IMG/VR virus record: IMGVR_UViG_3300027708_000013
Reading direction: 5' to 3' (one strand)
Origin: a virus
Taxonomy: Duplodnaviria > Caudoviricetes
Length of the DNA: 64,000 nucleotides
The position numbers were made by a program, and so were the translations under genes. Shown piece after piece: positions 18,600 through 28,461 of this stretch. Every line of letters begins with the position of its first letter. The stretch's first letter is position 1. The notes below the pieces were generated by a model, which ran no database searches, had not been told where the DNA came from, and worked only from the letters and a program-made list of their open reading frames with translations.

Positions 18600-19654
18600 T
18601 GTGCTACCTCCTGTGGAAATAGACCTGGAGCAATATTGCCATCCTCTATACCAGTTTTACTTGCATTACCGTGAAATGGTAAATTTAGCGTTCCGCCGTT
18701 GCGTAAATGCAGTTCACGTAAAAAATTACTCATCGCCAACGGAGCATTCCAACCGGCACCTGGATGACTGTGTTCCCATTGTGTTTTGGCCTTTTTGTGC
18801 ACCAATGATGAACTTTTAAATGATCGTTTGGCTGTGGACAATACCTGAAGCATCCAATTGTCCGGAAGATCAAATTGAGTAGGGTTGGTACCAATCAATC
18901 TTTGCAGTTCTACTAGCCCGATATAACAACCCTGGTCAATTTCTTCCTGCATTAGAAATACTGTTTTGATAGCGTCCAGTACACGATTCAAAATTGTTCC
19001 GGATTCATCTAATTCAATACCTTTTTGTGCATATTTAAAATGACTAAAGAAGTGATCGTTGTCTCCACGCAAGGTATCGCTGTTGCGTGAATTCTTGTCT
19101 TGAAGGTCTATTCCCAGTTGATCAAATTGATCCTGCATGGTACGAGCACGAACATTTTTGATATCACGACTACCGTTTTTGTAGCGTACCAATGCGTTAC
19201 GATGTAAGTCGCCTGGGTTGAGACGTTTTACACCTGTGTCGTTTAGCATTTCGAAAGCATACGAGGCAAAGTTTGGATCGTCTGTTTCCACTACAGCACA
19301 GGGAATTTTTGTGTAGTCAAGGATTGCCGCGGCCAGTGCCCGGTGCTGAGCATCATACAAATAGATAGTACCGCCTTTAATACAACAAGCCGACCCAGGA
19401 CTGCATATTCTAGGATCCCATTTTTTCATGATATTGATCACGTGTTTGTGTAGTACGTCACGTTGGACCTCATAGTCGATCCAAAGATCTTCAATGTCAA
19501 TCATGGTGCTGTGTGGAAATGTATGTACTAATGCTTTTGCACGAGCTCGCCAAGCCTCAAGGTCTTTTTCGGAAACTTCGTAATGTGCTTTGAGCTGTGA
19601 TTCTACTTCTGCTACTACCTCCGTAAATTTACGGACTAGGCGTTTTGCGGCCAT
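18596..19654 (-). CDS. ParB/Srx-fold (DGQHR-like, DUF6551-like) protein
   Basis: LWIDYEVQRDV...WDP...YLYDAQHRALAA; SD AGGAGA. Confidence 0.7.
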   Translation of the reverse strand: MAAKRLVRKFTEVVAEVESQLKAHYEVSEKDLEAWRARAKALVHTFPHSTMIDIEDLWIDYEVQRDVLHKHVINIMKKWDPRICSPGSACCIKGGTIYLYDAQHRALAAAILDYTKIPCAVVETDDPNFASYAFEMLNDTGVKRLNPGDLHRNALVRYKNGSRDIKNVRARTMQDQFDQLGIDLQDKNSRNSDTLRGDNDHFFSHFKYAQKGIELDESGTILNRVLDAIKTVFLMQEEIDQGCYIGLVELQRLIGTNPTQFDLPDNWMLQVLSTAKRSFKSSSLVHKKAKTQWEHSHPGAGWNAPLAMSNFLRELHLRNGGTLNLPFHGNASKTGIEDGNIAPGLFPQEVAQ

Positions 19655-19733
19655 TTATTTCTCCTTTATTAAGCTTCGTTACCCGACACAATGCGGGATT
19701 AGTTTAGTAAACGATTTACTTTAACTATTTACA

Positions 19734-19762
19734 ACTATACACAACTTCAAATCTACTGTCAA
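19734..19762 (-). promoter_or_regulatory. Sigma70 promoter, TTGACA-17-TATAGT
   Basis: -35 at 19757-19762, -10 at 19734-19739, upstream of the ParB-like operon. Confidence 0.8.
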
Positions 19763-19765
19763 CCT

Positions 19766-20317
19766 CTAAATTTCTAGTGTACTGCCTTTTGCCCGATTGT
19801 AGAAAATATGTACACCAATTTTCTTTGCACGTTGAGTAACATCGGCCCAGGCAGGATTTCGAATATAATCGGCATGATAAAATAAACTGCGTTCCAAGCC
19901 AGCGACACCTTCGCCCGCCAACACTGCTTGGGCAATCTCTTCACAACGATGGTATATACCTGGGTCGGGCTGTGGCAATCGTTTTAATAGTGTCCATGAA
20001 AATTGGCTGGGTGCATGCACCACACCACACACAGTTGTACCCCAGTATCCCGAACGTACACGATTCACAGTGACATGACCCACAGCATATCTACCTACAT
20101 CTTCTTGGTTACCGGCTTCGTAATAGATGTTTCGAGCCAAGCAATCCACGTCTCGAGCAGTGTAGTCGACACGATGACCCGTGTCAACAATACCTTCCAA
20201 TCTATTCAGGCGTTGTTCAATTTGTTGGGTTTGGGTTGATATATCACCAATGGTAAATGACAGTTTGATCAACAACAACACAGCAATGCCAGATAAAAAC
20301 AGTATGGAACGATTCAC
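19766..20317 (-). CDS. Cell wall hydrolase, SleB family (Hydrolase_2), with N-terminal TM/signal
   Basis: CLARNIYYEA, AVGHVTVNRV, VCGVVHAPSQFSW, FYHADY, IGVHIFY. Confidence 0.93.
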   Translation of the reverse strand: MNRSILFLSGIAVLLLIKLSFTIGDISTQTQQIEQRLNRLEGIVDTGHRVDYTARDVDCLARNIYYEAGNQEDVGRYAVGHVTVNRVRSGYWGTTVCGVVHAPSQFSWTLLKRLPQPDPGIYHRCEEIAQAVLAGEGVAGLERSLFYHADYIRNPAWADVTQRAKKIGVHIFYNRAKGSTLEI

Positions 20318-20394
20318 AAAGACCTCTACAAGTGGTTAGACAAGTAGTCATTGTACGATGTATTGGATTATCGTGTGTTGTTTTTACACAACGG

Positions 20395-20769
20395 CTACAG
20401 ATTTGATTGGAGATTGTTTAGATATGTAGCAAGATCGCCACCGTGTAACTGTAGCATCACAGCATCTGTTTCACTGTGGACATACAGTTGTTTGGTTGTG
20501 GTAAGGTAATAGGGTGCCTGAAAGATTCTTTCCAACTGCAACAGTTGCCGATAATGAATATCGGATGCCACAGCAACAGGGTGAAACGCAATATCAGTGT
20601 GCCGTTTAATCCAACGATAGCCCACAGTGGTTAATCTAAGACTGTGTGGGTTTAGTGGGTTCTTCCACCATTGATGTTCAACACCGGGCCAGGCAGAACC
20701 GGGCTCCACGTGATCAATTAAAAATTGAGTCCATGTGGCTTGTGAATTAAGGTCGGTAGACTGTGTCAC
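20395..20769 (-). CDS. Hypothetical protein
   Basis: 124 aa ORF in operon. Confidence 0.7.
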   Translation of the reverse strand: MTQSTDLNSQATWTQFLIDHVEPGSAWPGVEHQWWKNPLNPHSLRLTTVGYRWIKRHTDIAFHPVAVASDIHYRQLLQLERIFQAPYYLTTTKQLYVHSETDAVMLQLHGGDLATYLNNLQSNL

Positions 20770-21037
20770 CTTGCTTTAATAGCACAACAGTAAAGGCAGT
20801 GGTTTTAAAAAGAATGTTGAGTTTTTTGGCCAAGTTGATGGCATGACCTGAATTAGAGAATGAAACCTTCTTGTATTTTGGTCCAGGGTAATTTATCAGC
20901 ACGTTGAATGTTTTTAAATTGATAGGCTGGTTGTTGTAAAATATCGCCCAGATTCCTTCGCTGGCCAAAATTTGGTCACTTTTGTAGTTTGACTTGTTTA
21001 CATGTTCCAGCAGAACTGTTGGTTTTGGCCTACTCAT
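20747..21037 (-). CDS. Hypothetical protein
   Basis: 96 aa basic ORF; SD GGAGA. Confidence 0.75.
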   Translation of the reverse strand: MSRPKPTVLLEHVNKSNYKSDQILASEGIWAIFYNNQPINLKTFNVLINYPGPKYKKVSFSNSGHAINLAKKLNILFKTTAFTVVLLKQGDTVYRP

Positions 21038-21097
21038 TATCGATATCTCCCATACTTTTGATACAGTTATTTATCTCCTATAAGTGCGTATATTATA

Positions 21098-21313
21098 TTA
21101 AAATCCGCCGCCGTCCATGGTAATTTCCACAGCACCGGTGGTTACATCGGGTTGCTCACTGAGTTCAGCGATGTGTGACAGCAGTGCAAATATGTCCGCA
21201 TGCAGGTTACGTGCATCCTGAGCAGTCATGACCACGGTGGCACTTTGCGTTTGATTCATTACACGAATTCTGTCATTGAAGTTTCGTACATGTATGCTTA
21301 GTTTATGATCCAT
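21098..21313 (-). CDS. Hypothetical protein
   Basis: 71 aa ORF overlapping the upstream stop. Confidence 0.65.
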   Translation of the reverse strand: MDHKLSIHVRNFNDRIRVMNQTQSATVVMTAQDARNLHADIFALLSHIAELSEQPDVTTGAVEITMDGGGF

Positions 21314-21779
21314 TTGCTGTCCTTAGGTGTTGGTTGGCTGTTTCCTGTGTGTGAAATGGCCCTTGATATTCATAGCGATTTAAGGTAATGGCCTTGGGAC
21401 AATAGCCACGTGCCCAATGTGAATCAAACTTTACAATGTAGTAGCCAGCACAGAAAAAACTTTTGCTTTTGGCAGTTTTGGTGAAAATTGGCAACTGCCG
21501 TTGTACATCAAACAACACATTGTAAGGACGGTGTGGAGTGGGATAACCATAAATTTCGTAGGCTTTACCTTCTACAGCACGTGGTTTTTCCGGTTTAACA
21601 AATTCAATGTTGTATTTCTTGCTCAACAGTTTGATCGACGGGAATACTTCACGCTGGTCATTGCGAACATAGGCAACTCCTCCTTCGTCAATGGCCTGTA
21701 TGGTGGCAATCTTTTCTCCCGATGCTTCTACGATCCAAAATTTATTTTTTACTATTTGTTTTGCTATGGTTTCTGTCAT
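21303..21779 (-). CDS. Hypothetical protein
   Basis: Likely start MTETIAK at 21779, overlapping the upstream stop. Confidence 0.7.
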   Translation of the reverse strand: MTETIAKQIVKNKFWIVEASGEKIATIQAIDEGGVAYVRNDQREVFPSIKLLSKKYNIEFVKPEKPRAVEGKAYEIYGYPTPHRPYNVLFDVQRQLPIFTKTAKSKSFFCAGYYIVKFDSHWARGYCPKAITLNRYEYQGPFHTQETANQHLRTANGS

Positions 21780-22144
21780 GTTAGTGATCCTATTATTAGT
21801 ATGTAAGTCGCTGTGTGTAACAATTGGTCTAGACCCAACAACCACCAAAATTCTTCATGGGTAGTAGCAGTCCAACCGTAGTGCCGATTGATGTTGACCT
21901 TGGCCCAGTCAATGTGATAGTGTGCCACTGCATCTAATAAACCCATAAGAGAAGCAGTCATTTCATCATATCCAAACAATGCTAGGCATAGCATTGTAGC
22001 TGTGCCATGTAGGCCAGCATGTAGTACACCACCCGGGTGCCCATAGACACCTTTGTTTAGATATTGATAAGGCCTCTGTAGTAAAAAGTCCACAACAAAA
22101 TGCTTGACGAACAATACTAGAACCAGTGCAAGGGTAGTATTCAC
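21776..22144 (-). CDS. DUF3307-like membrane protein
   Basis: HFVVDF, HAGLH, HYHIDW and DQLLH within hydrophobic helices. Confidence 0.8.
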   Translation of the reverse strand: MNTTLALVLVLFVKHFVVDFLLQRPYQYLNKGVYGHPGGVLHAGLHGTATMLCLALFGYDEMTASLMGLLDAVAHYHIDWAKVNINRHYGWTATTHEEFWWLLGLDQLLHTATYILIIGSLT

Positions 22145-22187
22145 GTTATTCTTTCAAACAGCTCATGGTGATTATTTTTTTGCCCAG

Positions 22188-22481
22188 TCATGACTTCAAC
22201 AACTCCATGCTGACAATGTGTCCAATGGCAGTGGTGATGTCTTCGCCCTCGGGAATAACATGTGTGACCAAGTTATCTTGATCTGTTTTACGATTGTAAG
22301 TGTGAATCTGCACAACAGTTCCGCCCTGTGCTGGCATAACCTTAAATGACAAACCTTCAACTTCAACGTGAGCATGATTTCTGCCCGCTTTTGTATTGTA
22401 TATATCTTCGCTCTCGTAGCCGCGGCCGCGGTTGTAATCCCAGCCCCACTTCATCATTGCCGACCAAACTTTTCTAATCAT
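22188..22481 (-). CDS. Hypothetical protein
   Basis: 97 aa ORF; ATGA overlap with the rnh-like gene. Confidence 0.65.
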   Translation of the reverse strand: MIRKVWSAMMKWGWDYNRGRGYESEDIYNTKAGRNHAHVEVEGLSFKVMPAQGGTVVQIHTYNRKTDQDNLVTHVIPEGEDITTAIGHIVSMELLKS

Positions 22482-23470
22482 TTGGGATAACTTCTTGACA
22501 AAAATTCCACGTAACTGGCGGCTTGATCGCTGATACGCTTTAAATCATATTTTCCACAAAACTTTAAAAACAGTGTGCCAATCTGACTCACTGCCTTGGG
22601 CACTGATCCGGCAACAACGGTTTCTGTTATTTTTGCTTTGACATCGTCGGGCTGTGCAGATAAATCCACCAGTGTAACATTGCGTTGATAATCGTCCAGC
22701 ACTCTGTGTTCTACACCGTTGTGGTCAGTCCAGCGACTCAGCATTAAATTATTCCACGCAAAGCCTTTTTTATCCCGGTCTTCGTAGGCTTCTTTAAGTC
22801 CAACTTTATTCTTACTGCCAGTCGTCCTGACTCCAGGGTACGCACTGAATACGTTGTCTGTGGGGTCGCCTCGCATAGCTTTTTCAAATAAGATCCAACT
22901 TGGATCAGGGATGGATCGGTTTTCCTTAGTCTTTTTATCTTTGACTGGGGCACCTTTTTTGTCAAAAATGCCCGTAATAGTGTGGAGCTCATCTGCTATC
23001 CCGTTGTATTGTTTTACGTTTTCACTTAGTAGTTGATAAAAGTCTGTGTCACTGCTGACTATGACATGCTCGTCTTCAGGATGTGTCTGTATCCATCCGG
23101 CAATTAAATCATCTGCTTCTAACTCAGCGTGTTGTAGCACTGTGCAATTGGTCTTTTCTGTTAAAAAAGTTTTAAGTTCATCAAAACTTTCCCAAAATAA
23201 TCGATCTTCTTCTGCCTCAGCCTCGGTCAAGGCCGCACGGGCCACCGCACGATTCTTTTTGTATGGCTCGTAAAAGTCCTTACGCCAACTTCTACCTTCC
23301 AAGCAGAACACCACATGATCGGCCCGTTGATCTCGAAAAGCCTTGTTTACACTGCCCAAGGTAACATGTATGGCAAAGCCCAATTTATCCCATGTATCTG
23401 TTTGTCTATGGGCCGAGTGTCTTGCACGAAAGAATGTGTTTGCAGTGTCAACTATTAGATATTTTGTCAT
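22478..23470 (-). CDS. rnh: 5'-3' exonuclease / T4 RNase H-like (FEN1/PIN)
   Basis: LIVDTAN, SWRKDFY..YK.NR, EADDLI, SSDTDFYQL, GDPTDNV. Confidence 0.92.
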   Translation of the reverse strand: MTKYLIVDTANTFFRARHSAHRQTDTWDKLGFAIHVTLGSVNKAFRDQRADHVVFCLEGRSWRKDFYEPYKKNRAVARAALTEAEAEEDRLFWESFDELKTFLTEKTNCTVLQHAELEADDLIAGWIQTHPEDEHVIVSSDTDFYQLLSENVKQYNGIADELHTITGIFDKKGAPVKDKKTKENRSIPDPSWILFEKAMRGDPTDNVFSAYPGVRTTGSKNKVGLKEAYEDRDKKGFAWNNLMLSRWTDHNGVEHRVLDDYQRNVTLVDLSAQPDDVKAKITETVVAGSVPKAVSQIGTLFLKFCGKYDLKRISDQAASYVEFLSRSYPK

Positions 23471-23476
23471 ACAGTA

Positions 23477-23505
23477 ATAATAGCATATAACTATTTAGCA
23501 GTCAA
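23477..23505 (-). promoter_or_regulatory. Sigma70-like promoter TTGACT-17-TATTAT with TAAATA in the spacer
   Basis: -35 at 23500-23505, -10 at 23477-23482; predicted +1 is the A of the rnh ATG. Confidence 0.65.
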
Positions 23506-24189
23506 CAAGATTTCTGCTATTTCCTCGTTGGATTTGAATCCATAGTGCAATCCGTCTCGAGCAACATCGCACAACAGGTTCTGTTGGCTATATCTGCGGT
23601 TGAATTCGGCAATACTGAATTCCTTTACTTTGAATTTATAAATTTTGCTCAACAATGCAACTCTTGATTGATTTTGGTAAAATCTTTGAACAGCAACAGA
23701 GTCTTCCATATTCCATACATATTCTATTTTTGGATTCATTGGCATAATGTTCTGTATTTCGTTACCGTACAGTTCAAATCTGGCCATGTCTGGCCAAAGT
23801 ATGTAAATAGTTTGTATCTGATATAGTCCACATACATTGGTTAATATTCTTGCCACTGTGTCGGTACTGCCGCCGCTGTAACCCAAGTTTAACATAGGGT
23901 ACGGACGGTTCTTTTCGATCAGTGAGGGCCATGTACTGTCCTCTGGCATGCCCACTCCTTGAGTGAAACTGCACCCCAGGGCGATGTCTACTTTTTTGTT
24001 GTACATCTCCTCTAAATCATATGTTCTAAATCCCTGTGCATTGAATTGATACGCTATCTCAACTCCGCTCCACTTTTCCCGATCAGCGTTTTGTGACAAC
24101 GCTGTTTCAGTGTCACTACCATACCAATTCTGTGTGACATTTTTTACATTTGAATTCCACGGTATCTGTTGTGTTAGCCAATGATTCAT
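23491..24189 (-). CDS. SGNH/GDSL-like hypothetical protein
   Basis: LGCSFTQG, NLGYSGGS, late DGLH. Confidence 0.6.
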   Translation of the reverse strand: MNHWLTQQIPWNSNVKNVTQNWYGSDTETALSQNADREKWSGVEIAYQFNAQGFRTYDLEEMYNKKVDIALGCSFTQGVGMPEDSTWPSLIEKNRPYPMLNLGYSGGSTDTVARILTNVCGLYQIQTIYILWPDMARFELYGNEIQNIMPMNPKIEYVWNMEDSVAVQRFYQNQSRVALLSKIYKFKVKEFSIAEFNRRYSQQNLLCDVARDGLHYGFKSNEEIAEILLTAK

Positions 24190-24190
24190 A

Positions 24191-24889
24191 TTATCTCGTT
24201 AAAAATTTCAACACCATTTGCTTGTATAAGAATTCCGCCCAGGCTTGGTGTGCTGCTGCACCAAAATGGTAACTGTCAGGAGCCACTGTAGCAAACCCAT
24301 GGTTTTTACACCAGTTGTAATACGTGAAGTCGGGATTGTAAGGTTCCAGGTAGCGACCATTCCAATCAAACTGCTCAACACCGGTCCAGGGTTCATAACT
24401 AGTGAAGAAAAAATGATTTATGCCCAATCTTTCCAACTCTTGATGAAAATTGTAAATGTACTGATGCGAACGATTCATGGTGGGTTGCCATTGGAATTCT
24501 GTCACCCATTTCCGATACTGTTCTTTTATCTGCTGGGGCCAATCTTCACCCGCCCCGCCAGCATTTATTTGCCACCATACATCATCATAAAACCACTCTT
24601 CACGTTCCCATGTGCTCCAGCCAATGATGACTAAATCGGGTCTGGGATTATTTTTTAGATATTGCCCAGTGGTTCTTATTATTCTACTGTTGCTGGCAGC
24701 ACTTTCGGCATCACAGTGCAACACGGCACCCAACTGATTGGCTATGTGACAACCGTAACTTGCCCGTTCATTGTCAGGATGAGGCCTACGAGCCAAGGCC
24801 CAGTATAGTGGGTCGTCATTGGCAAAACAATAACCGTTCACTGCTTCCGCTCCAGCACTATGACTGTCGCCGTTGACGTAAAGAATCAA
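24191..24889 (-). CDS. SGNH/GDSL-like hypothetical protein
   Basis: NGDSHSAG, SAASN, late DSYHFG..AH. Confidence 0.6.
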   Translation of the reverse strand: MILYVNGDSHSAGAEAVNGYCFANDDPLYWALARRPHPDNERASYGCHIANQLGAVLHCDAESAASNSRIIRTTGQYLKNNPRPDLVIIGWSTWEREEWFYDDVWWQINAGGAGEDWPQQIKEQYRKWVTEFQWQPTMNRSHQYIYNFHQELERLGINHFFFTSYEPWTGVEQFDWNGRYLEPYNPDFTYYNWCKNHGFATVAPDSYHFGAAAHQAWAEFLYKQMVLKFLTR

Positions 24890-25363
24890 TTAACTGATCT
24901 CGGTTTTGCCGTCGCCTAGATCTCGACGATCCAGCACTCTTGGTCTAGCTTCATAAGGTTGATTGGCTTCCCACTGTTCGTAGTTTTCCTGCACCACATT
25001 GCGACACACATCCTGAAACCAACGATCCACAATAGCACTTTCATCTTCGCCCGGCTTGCTTTGATAACCTTGACGCACCAAGTTGACAATGAATTTTTCA
25101 TTCCAATCCAGTTCAAATGCACCGTTGCCAATGTTGTCTGGATCCAAGTCCACTTTGACCACACTGACCCAAGGCTCACCTTTGAGTGTAGCTGTGTCTT
25201 TGGGCGACATGTCACCCAATCGTGCCCACGTGTCCAATGCATCATCAGCATCTGCAGTTTTTTTTGTTGCGGCTTTTTGTCGCTTGGGCTTGGGTGCTGG
25301 TGGAGATGCCGGCTCGGGTGCGGTCTCTGGATTTGCTTTTTTAAATCGATCAAATATTCCCAT
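24890..25363 (-). CDS. Hypothetical protein
   Basis: 157 aa ORF; SD AAGGA. Confidence 0.75.
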   Translation of the reverse strand: MGIFDRFKKANPETAPEPASPPAPKPKRQKAATKKTADADDALDTWARLGDMSPKDTATLKGEPWVSVVKVDLDPDNIGNGAFELDWNEKFIVNLVRQGYQSKPGEDESAIVDRWFQDVCRNVVQENYEQWEANQPYEARPRVLDRRDLGDGKTEIS

Positions 25364-25366
25364 TTA

Positions 25367-25657
25367 TTATCCTTTCAATAACCATATTAAGTGTTCTACT
25401 GTGCTGTGATATCTAACAACGTGTACTGGTGGTCTCGGAATCGCAACAGCAGAAGTTGAATCACTGTGATTATTATAAGCACCGCGGTATGCTGTTTCCA
25501 ACCACATCAGCCGTCCACTTATGTCACAACGCTGAGGCCACCATAAAAACAGCAACCGCCATTCAATGTGTTCGCGGTACCATTCAGCTACCCAGTCTTC
25601 AGTCATTGATCTCCTGCCGGGTCCTAGTATTCCTGGCATGGGCATTACGTACCCCAC
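25367..25657 (-). CDS. Hypothetical protein
   Basis: Trp-rich ORF between queE and 24890; start uncertain. Confidence 0.5.
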   Translation of the reverse strand: MGYVMPMPGILGPGRRSMTEDWVAEWYREHIEWRLLFLWWPQRCDISGRLMWLETAYRGAYNNHSDSTSAVAIPRPPVHVVRYHSTVEHLIWLLKG

Positions 25658-26496
25658 TCGTTCTTGAAAAGCGGCACTTGAAGTCTGTCACTGTATCTCC
25701 AACCACGCTTCATAGCCGCCCCTGCTACATTACGTGCATTCAGTGAGTACACACTTTCCACACCACCCACTGGCATCAAGTACACAGGACCTGTAAAGCC
25801 TGCACTACGATATGCACCCACGGCACATTCTGCATCAGCAACATCTTGTTGTGTGGCCACAACAAATTTCAAATACGCTGTTCCATAATTTTCATATTCG
25901 CATACAACATCTGGAAGAATAGCTTCTTCCCACTTTTCACCTGACGCTGGAAGTTTAGCACTAACACTAAACGTAACTTCTTTTGAGTTTTCATAAACCC
26001 AATCTTCTAAATAACTTTTAAATTCTTCTGTTAGTTTTTGAGTGCCATTTGTTTCAAAGGTTATTTCTTTCAAAGCCTTCAAACTGGGATGATCTAGTAA
26101 ATCTGGGTAGGCACGTTGCCATCCCAACAAAGGTTCCCCTCCAGTGATCACAAGATGTTCGTCTCTCCACTCACCATGTGGTAAGATCTCCATGATACGA
26201 GCCACAATGGCATCCGTAGTCAACATGGGACTGAGCTGTTTAAAGTCCGGATGCCACGACGCATAACTGTCACAACCAGTTGACACCAATGGTAATGCCT
26301 CATATCGTGGGTAAGGATACAACTCATGTATTGCGGCCAAGTCATCGGCTTCGGTACTTGACTCGCCACGTGGCATGCCAAATCCGCTACAAGTGAAGTT
26401 ACACCCAAATGTTCGAAGGAACACACTGGGTACTCCCATGTATCTTCCTTCTCCCTGGATTGAATAAAACAGTTCTGCTATTTTAATCTTGCTCAT
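25645..26496 (-). CDS. queE: 7-carboxy-7-deazaguanine synthase (radical SAM)
   Basis: ELFYSIQGEG, FLRTFGCNFTC...CDS, VITGGEP, FETNGT, SAKL, DRLQV. Confidence 0.93.
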   Translation of the reverse strand: MSKIKIAELFYSIQGEGRYMGVPSVFLRTFGCNFTCSGFGMPRGESSTEADDLAAIHELYPYPRYEALPLVSTGCDSYASWHPDFKQLSPMLTTDAIVARIMEILPHGEWRDEHLVITGGEPLLGWQRAYPDLLDHPSLKALKEITFETNGTQKLTEEFKSYLEDWVYENSKEVTFSVSAKLPASGEKWEEAILPDVVCEYENYGTAYLKFVVATQQDVADAECAVGAYRSAGFTGPVYLMPVGGVESVYSLNARNVAGAAMKRGWRYSDRLQVPLFKNEWGT

Positions 26497-26764
26497 CGAA
26501 TATTGTACTCCACTTTCGTAATTTGTTAAATTTGTTTTGTTTTGCTACGGTTATTTCTGATTCTGTTACCACACCGTGTTGTTTTAACAGCTCAATCATG
26601 GCCACTACATCGCCAATTTCTTTCACTAAGTTTTCACGTTGTGTGCCTGATTCTTTGAGGTACACATTGTCCATACCAAAACGTCTACACTTGCTGATGC
26701 TTTGTATCACCTCGGCACACTCTTCTTGTAGTATATCTAATATTTCTGTTATCTTGCTAGTCAT
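26483..26764 (-). CDS. mazG: MazG-like nucleotide pyrophosphohydrolase
   Basis: LQEECAEVIQ...EIGDV. Confidence 0.8.
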   Translation of the reverse strand: MTSKITEILDILQEECAEVIQSISKCRRFGMDNVYLKESGTQRENLVKEIGDVVAMIELLKQHGVVTESEITVAKQNKFNKLRKWSTIFDEQD

Positions 26765-27483
26765 TTTCTTGCAATTCCATTTAAAACTAAATTAGTTTGT
26801 TCCTGCATCACTTGATCCAGTGTGGTGTTTATAGACAATCCCAACTTGGGTGCTATTATTTTATTACAATATTCCCAATGAGTCAATGGTGTTGGGTGAT
26901 TATCTGTGCCATCTGGGTGATATTGATGTCGAGTCAACATGTATTGATTGTTTTGTTCTTGATAATCCAGCAAGGAAATTCCCTCGACATGATTGTTGGC
27001 AATATTATATTTTTTATATATGTCCAACAATTTGGCATCTACCTCTTTTTCTGTTTCGCCTGTAAAAAACGGAAAAGCTGAAAAATGATACACAGTATAT
27101 TTTTTTCTATAACTGTCACAGTCAACCAAATACATGTAATCCATTGTGGTTTGAAAACGTTCCACACAGTGATAAAAATTGACTAAAAATGTTTTGTCTC
27201 CTCGTATACTGCCCAGGTGATGCCAGTGTGGATCATGTTTATTGGACGGACTTGATTTTGGTGTATCTCGATACCTGGACCAACGATCAAATCCAGACCA
27301 CATGATCACCACTGTATCACCGGATCGGGCTTGATCAACCACCGATCGTGCAATGGTGGCATTGTCTCCACCAGCGATGCCTACGTTGCGAAACTCATTA
27401 AATTCTGCACCGAGATAGTCGGCCCAAGTACTCCAACAGTAATCAGTAAAACTACACCCCGACACTACTAATCTTGTGTTCAT
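26761..27483 (-). CDS. SGNH/GDSL-like hypothetical protein
   Basis: SGCSFT, GIAGGDN, late DNHPTPLTH. Confidence 0.6.
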   Translation of the reverse strand: MNTRLVVSGCSFTDYCWSTWADYLGAEFNEFRNVGIAGGDNATIARSVVDQARSGDTVVIMWSGFDRWSRYRDTPKSSPSNKHDPHWHHLGSIRGDKTFLVNFYHCVERFQTTMDYMYLVDCDSYRKKYTVYHFSAFPFFTGETEKEVDAKLLDIYKKYNIANNHVEGISLLDYQEQNNQYMLTRHQYHPDGTDNHPTPLTHWEYCNKIIAPKLGLSINTTLDQVMQEQTNLVLNGIARK

Positions 27484-27484
27484 A

Positions 27485-28435
27485 TCAAATTCCCAAATTC
27501 TGTATTTTATTGTGATTTTCTATCATGTATTCTTCAAATCTCGTTCTATTATTGATCAATCTCGGCAATAGTTTTTGATATAACATATTTAGATCTGACG
27601 GGCGTTTATCAAAGTTTTTTAATATCTCCGCAATGGCATGTGCCCGGTCACGCCAATGCGGGAGACTCCACCAAGTACCAAATACATCATCAAAGGTATC
27701 AAATCCCGATTGATGCAATTGATTGTATAAATTATCGTCACCTAATATTAAAAATGGACGTAGGCCAATAATGGGTTTCCATGATTTCTCACTGAGAAAA
27801 ACATTGGAATGTTTGCAGGATTCTGTGACCACATTGATAAAAATTTGATTCCATATTGTGGGATCGCCTAGGCTAAAAATGTCGTTGGCTATTTTTCCAA
27901 TGTTTTCTGGTTCGTGAGGATCAAACTGCTTTACATCATAGTGCGGATCAATGAATCCTTGAGTACTTTGACTCACAATTCCATGATCTTTCACACTGGC
28001 AAGTTGTTCTAAAAATTCAATTCTAAACGGATGCAGTTTTCTATTTAAACATAGATATAATTTTTTTATATTGGGTGCTTGAGTATAACGTTGATCAAAG
28101 AAATACTCAGGATTTTGTCGTATAAACTCCACCCAATAACTAAAATAATACTGCCCATAACTGTTACCAATGTGTATTTGTGCTCTAGATCGATTGCAAA
28201 TTATTTCATGTGCTGCAGTTCTAAGAGGAATACATCCTGTGCTCTCCCAATCAATACTGGAATAACACACTGCAATTTTTTTACAATCTAGTTTATCAAG
28301 TTCTGTATCTGTTGCAGTGATACCACTGGTATCAATGAAAACATGATCCTGTGACAGTTGCGGTAGTATTTGTTCAATGATATAGCAATTGACTTTCCCA
28401 CGCCGAGATAAATTAAACGGTTTATTATATGCCAT
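27485..28435 (-). CDS. Glycosyltransferase-like protein (VTES...SEK..KP family)
   Basis: YLCLNRK, NVVTES, FLSEKSWKPI, GFDTFDD. Confidence 0.6.
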   Translation of the reverse strand: MAYNKPFNLSRRGKVNCYIIEQILPQLSQDHVFIDTSGITATDTELDKLDCKKIAVCYSSIDWESTGCIPLRTAAHEIICNRSRAQIHIGNSYGQYYFSYWVEFIRQNPEYFFDQRYTQAPNIKKLYLCLNRKLHPFRIEFLEQLASVKDHGIVSQSTQGFIDPHYDVKQFDPHEPENIGKIANDIFSLGDPTIWNQIFINVVTESCKHSNVFLSEKSWKPIIGLRPFLILGDDNLYNQLHQSGFDTFDDVFGTWWSLPHWRDRAHAIAEILKNFDKRPSDLNMLYQKLLPRLINNRTRFEEYMIENHNKIQNLGI

Positions 28436-28461
28436 TGATTTTTATTGCTTGTGCTGTGGAT

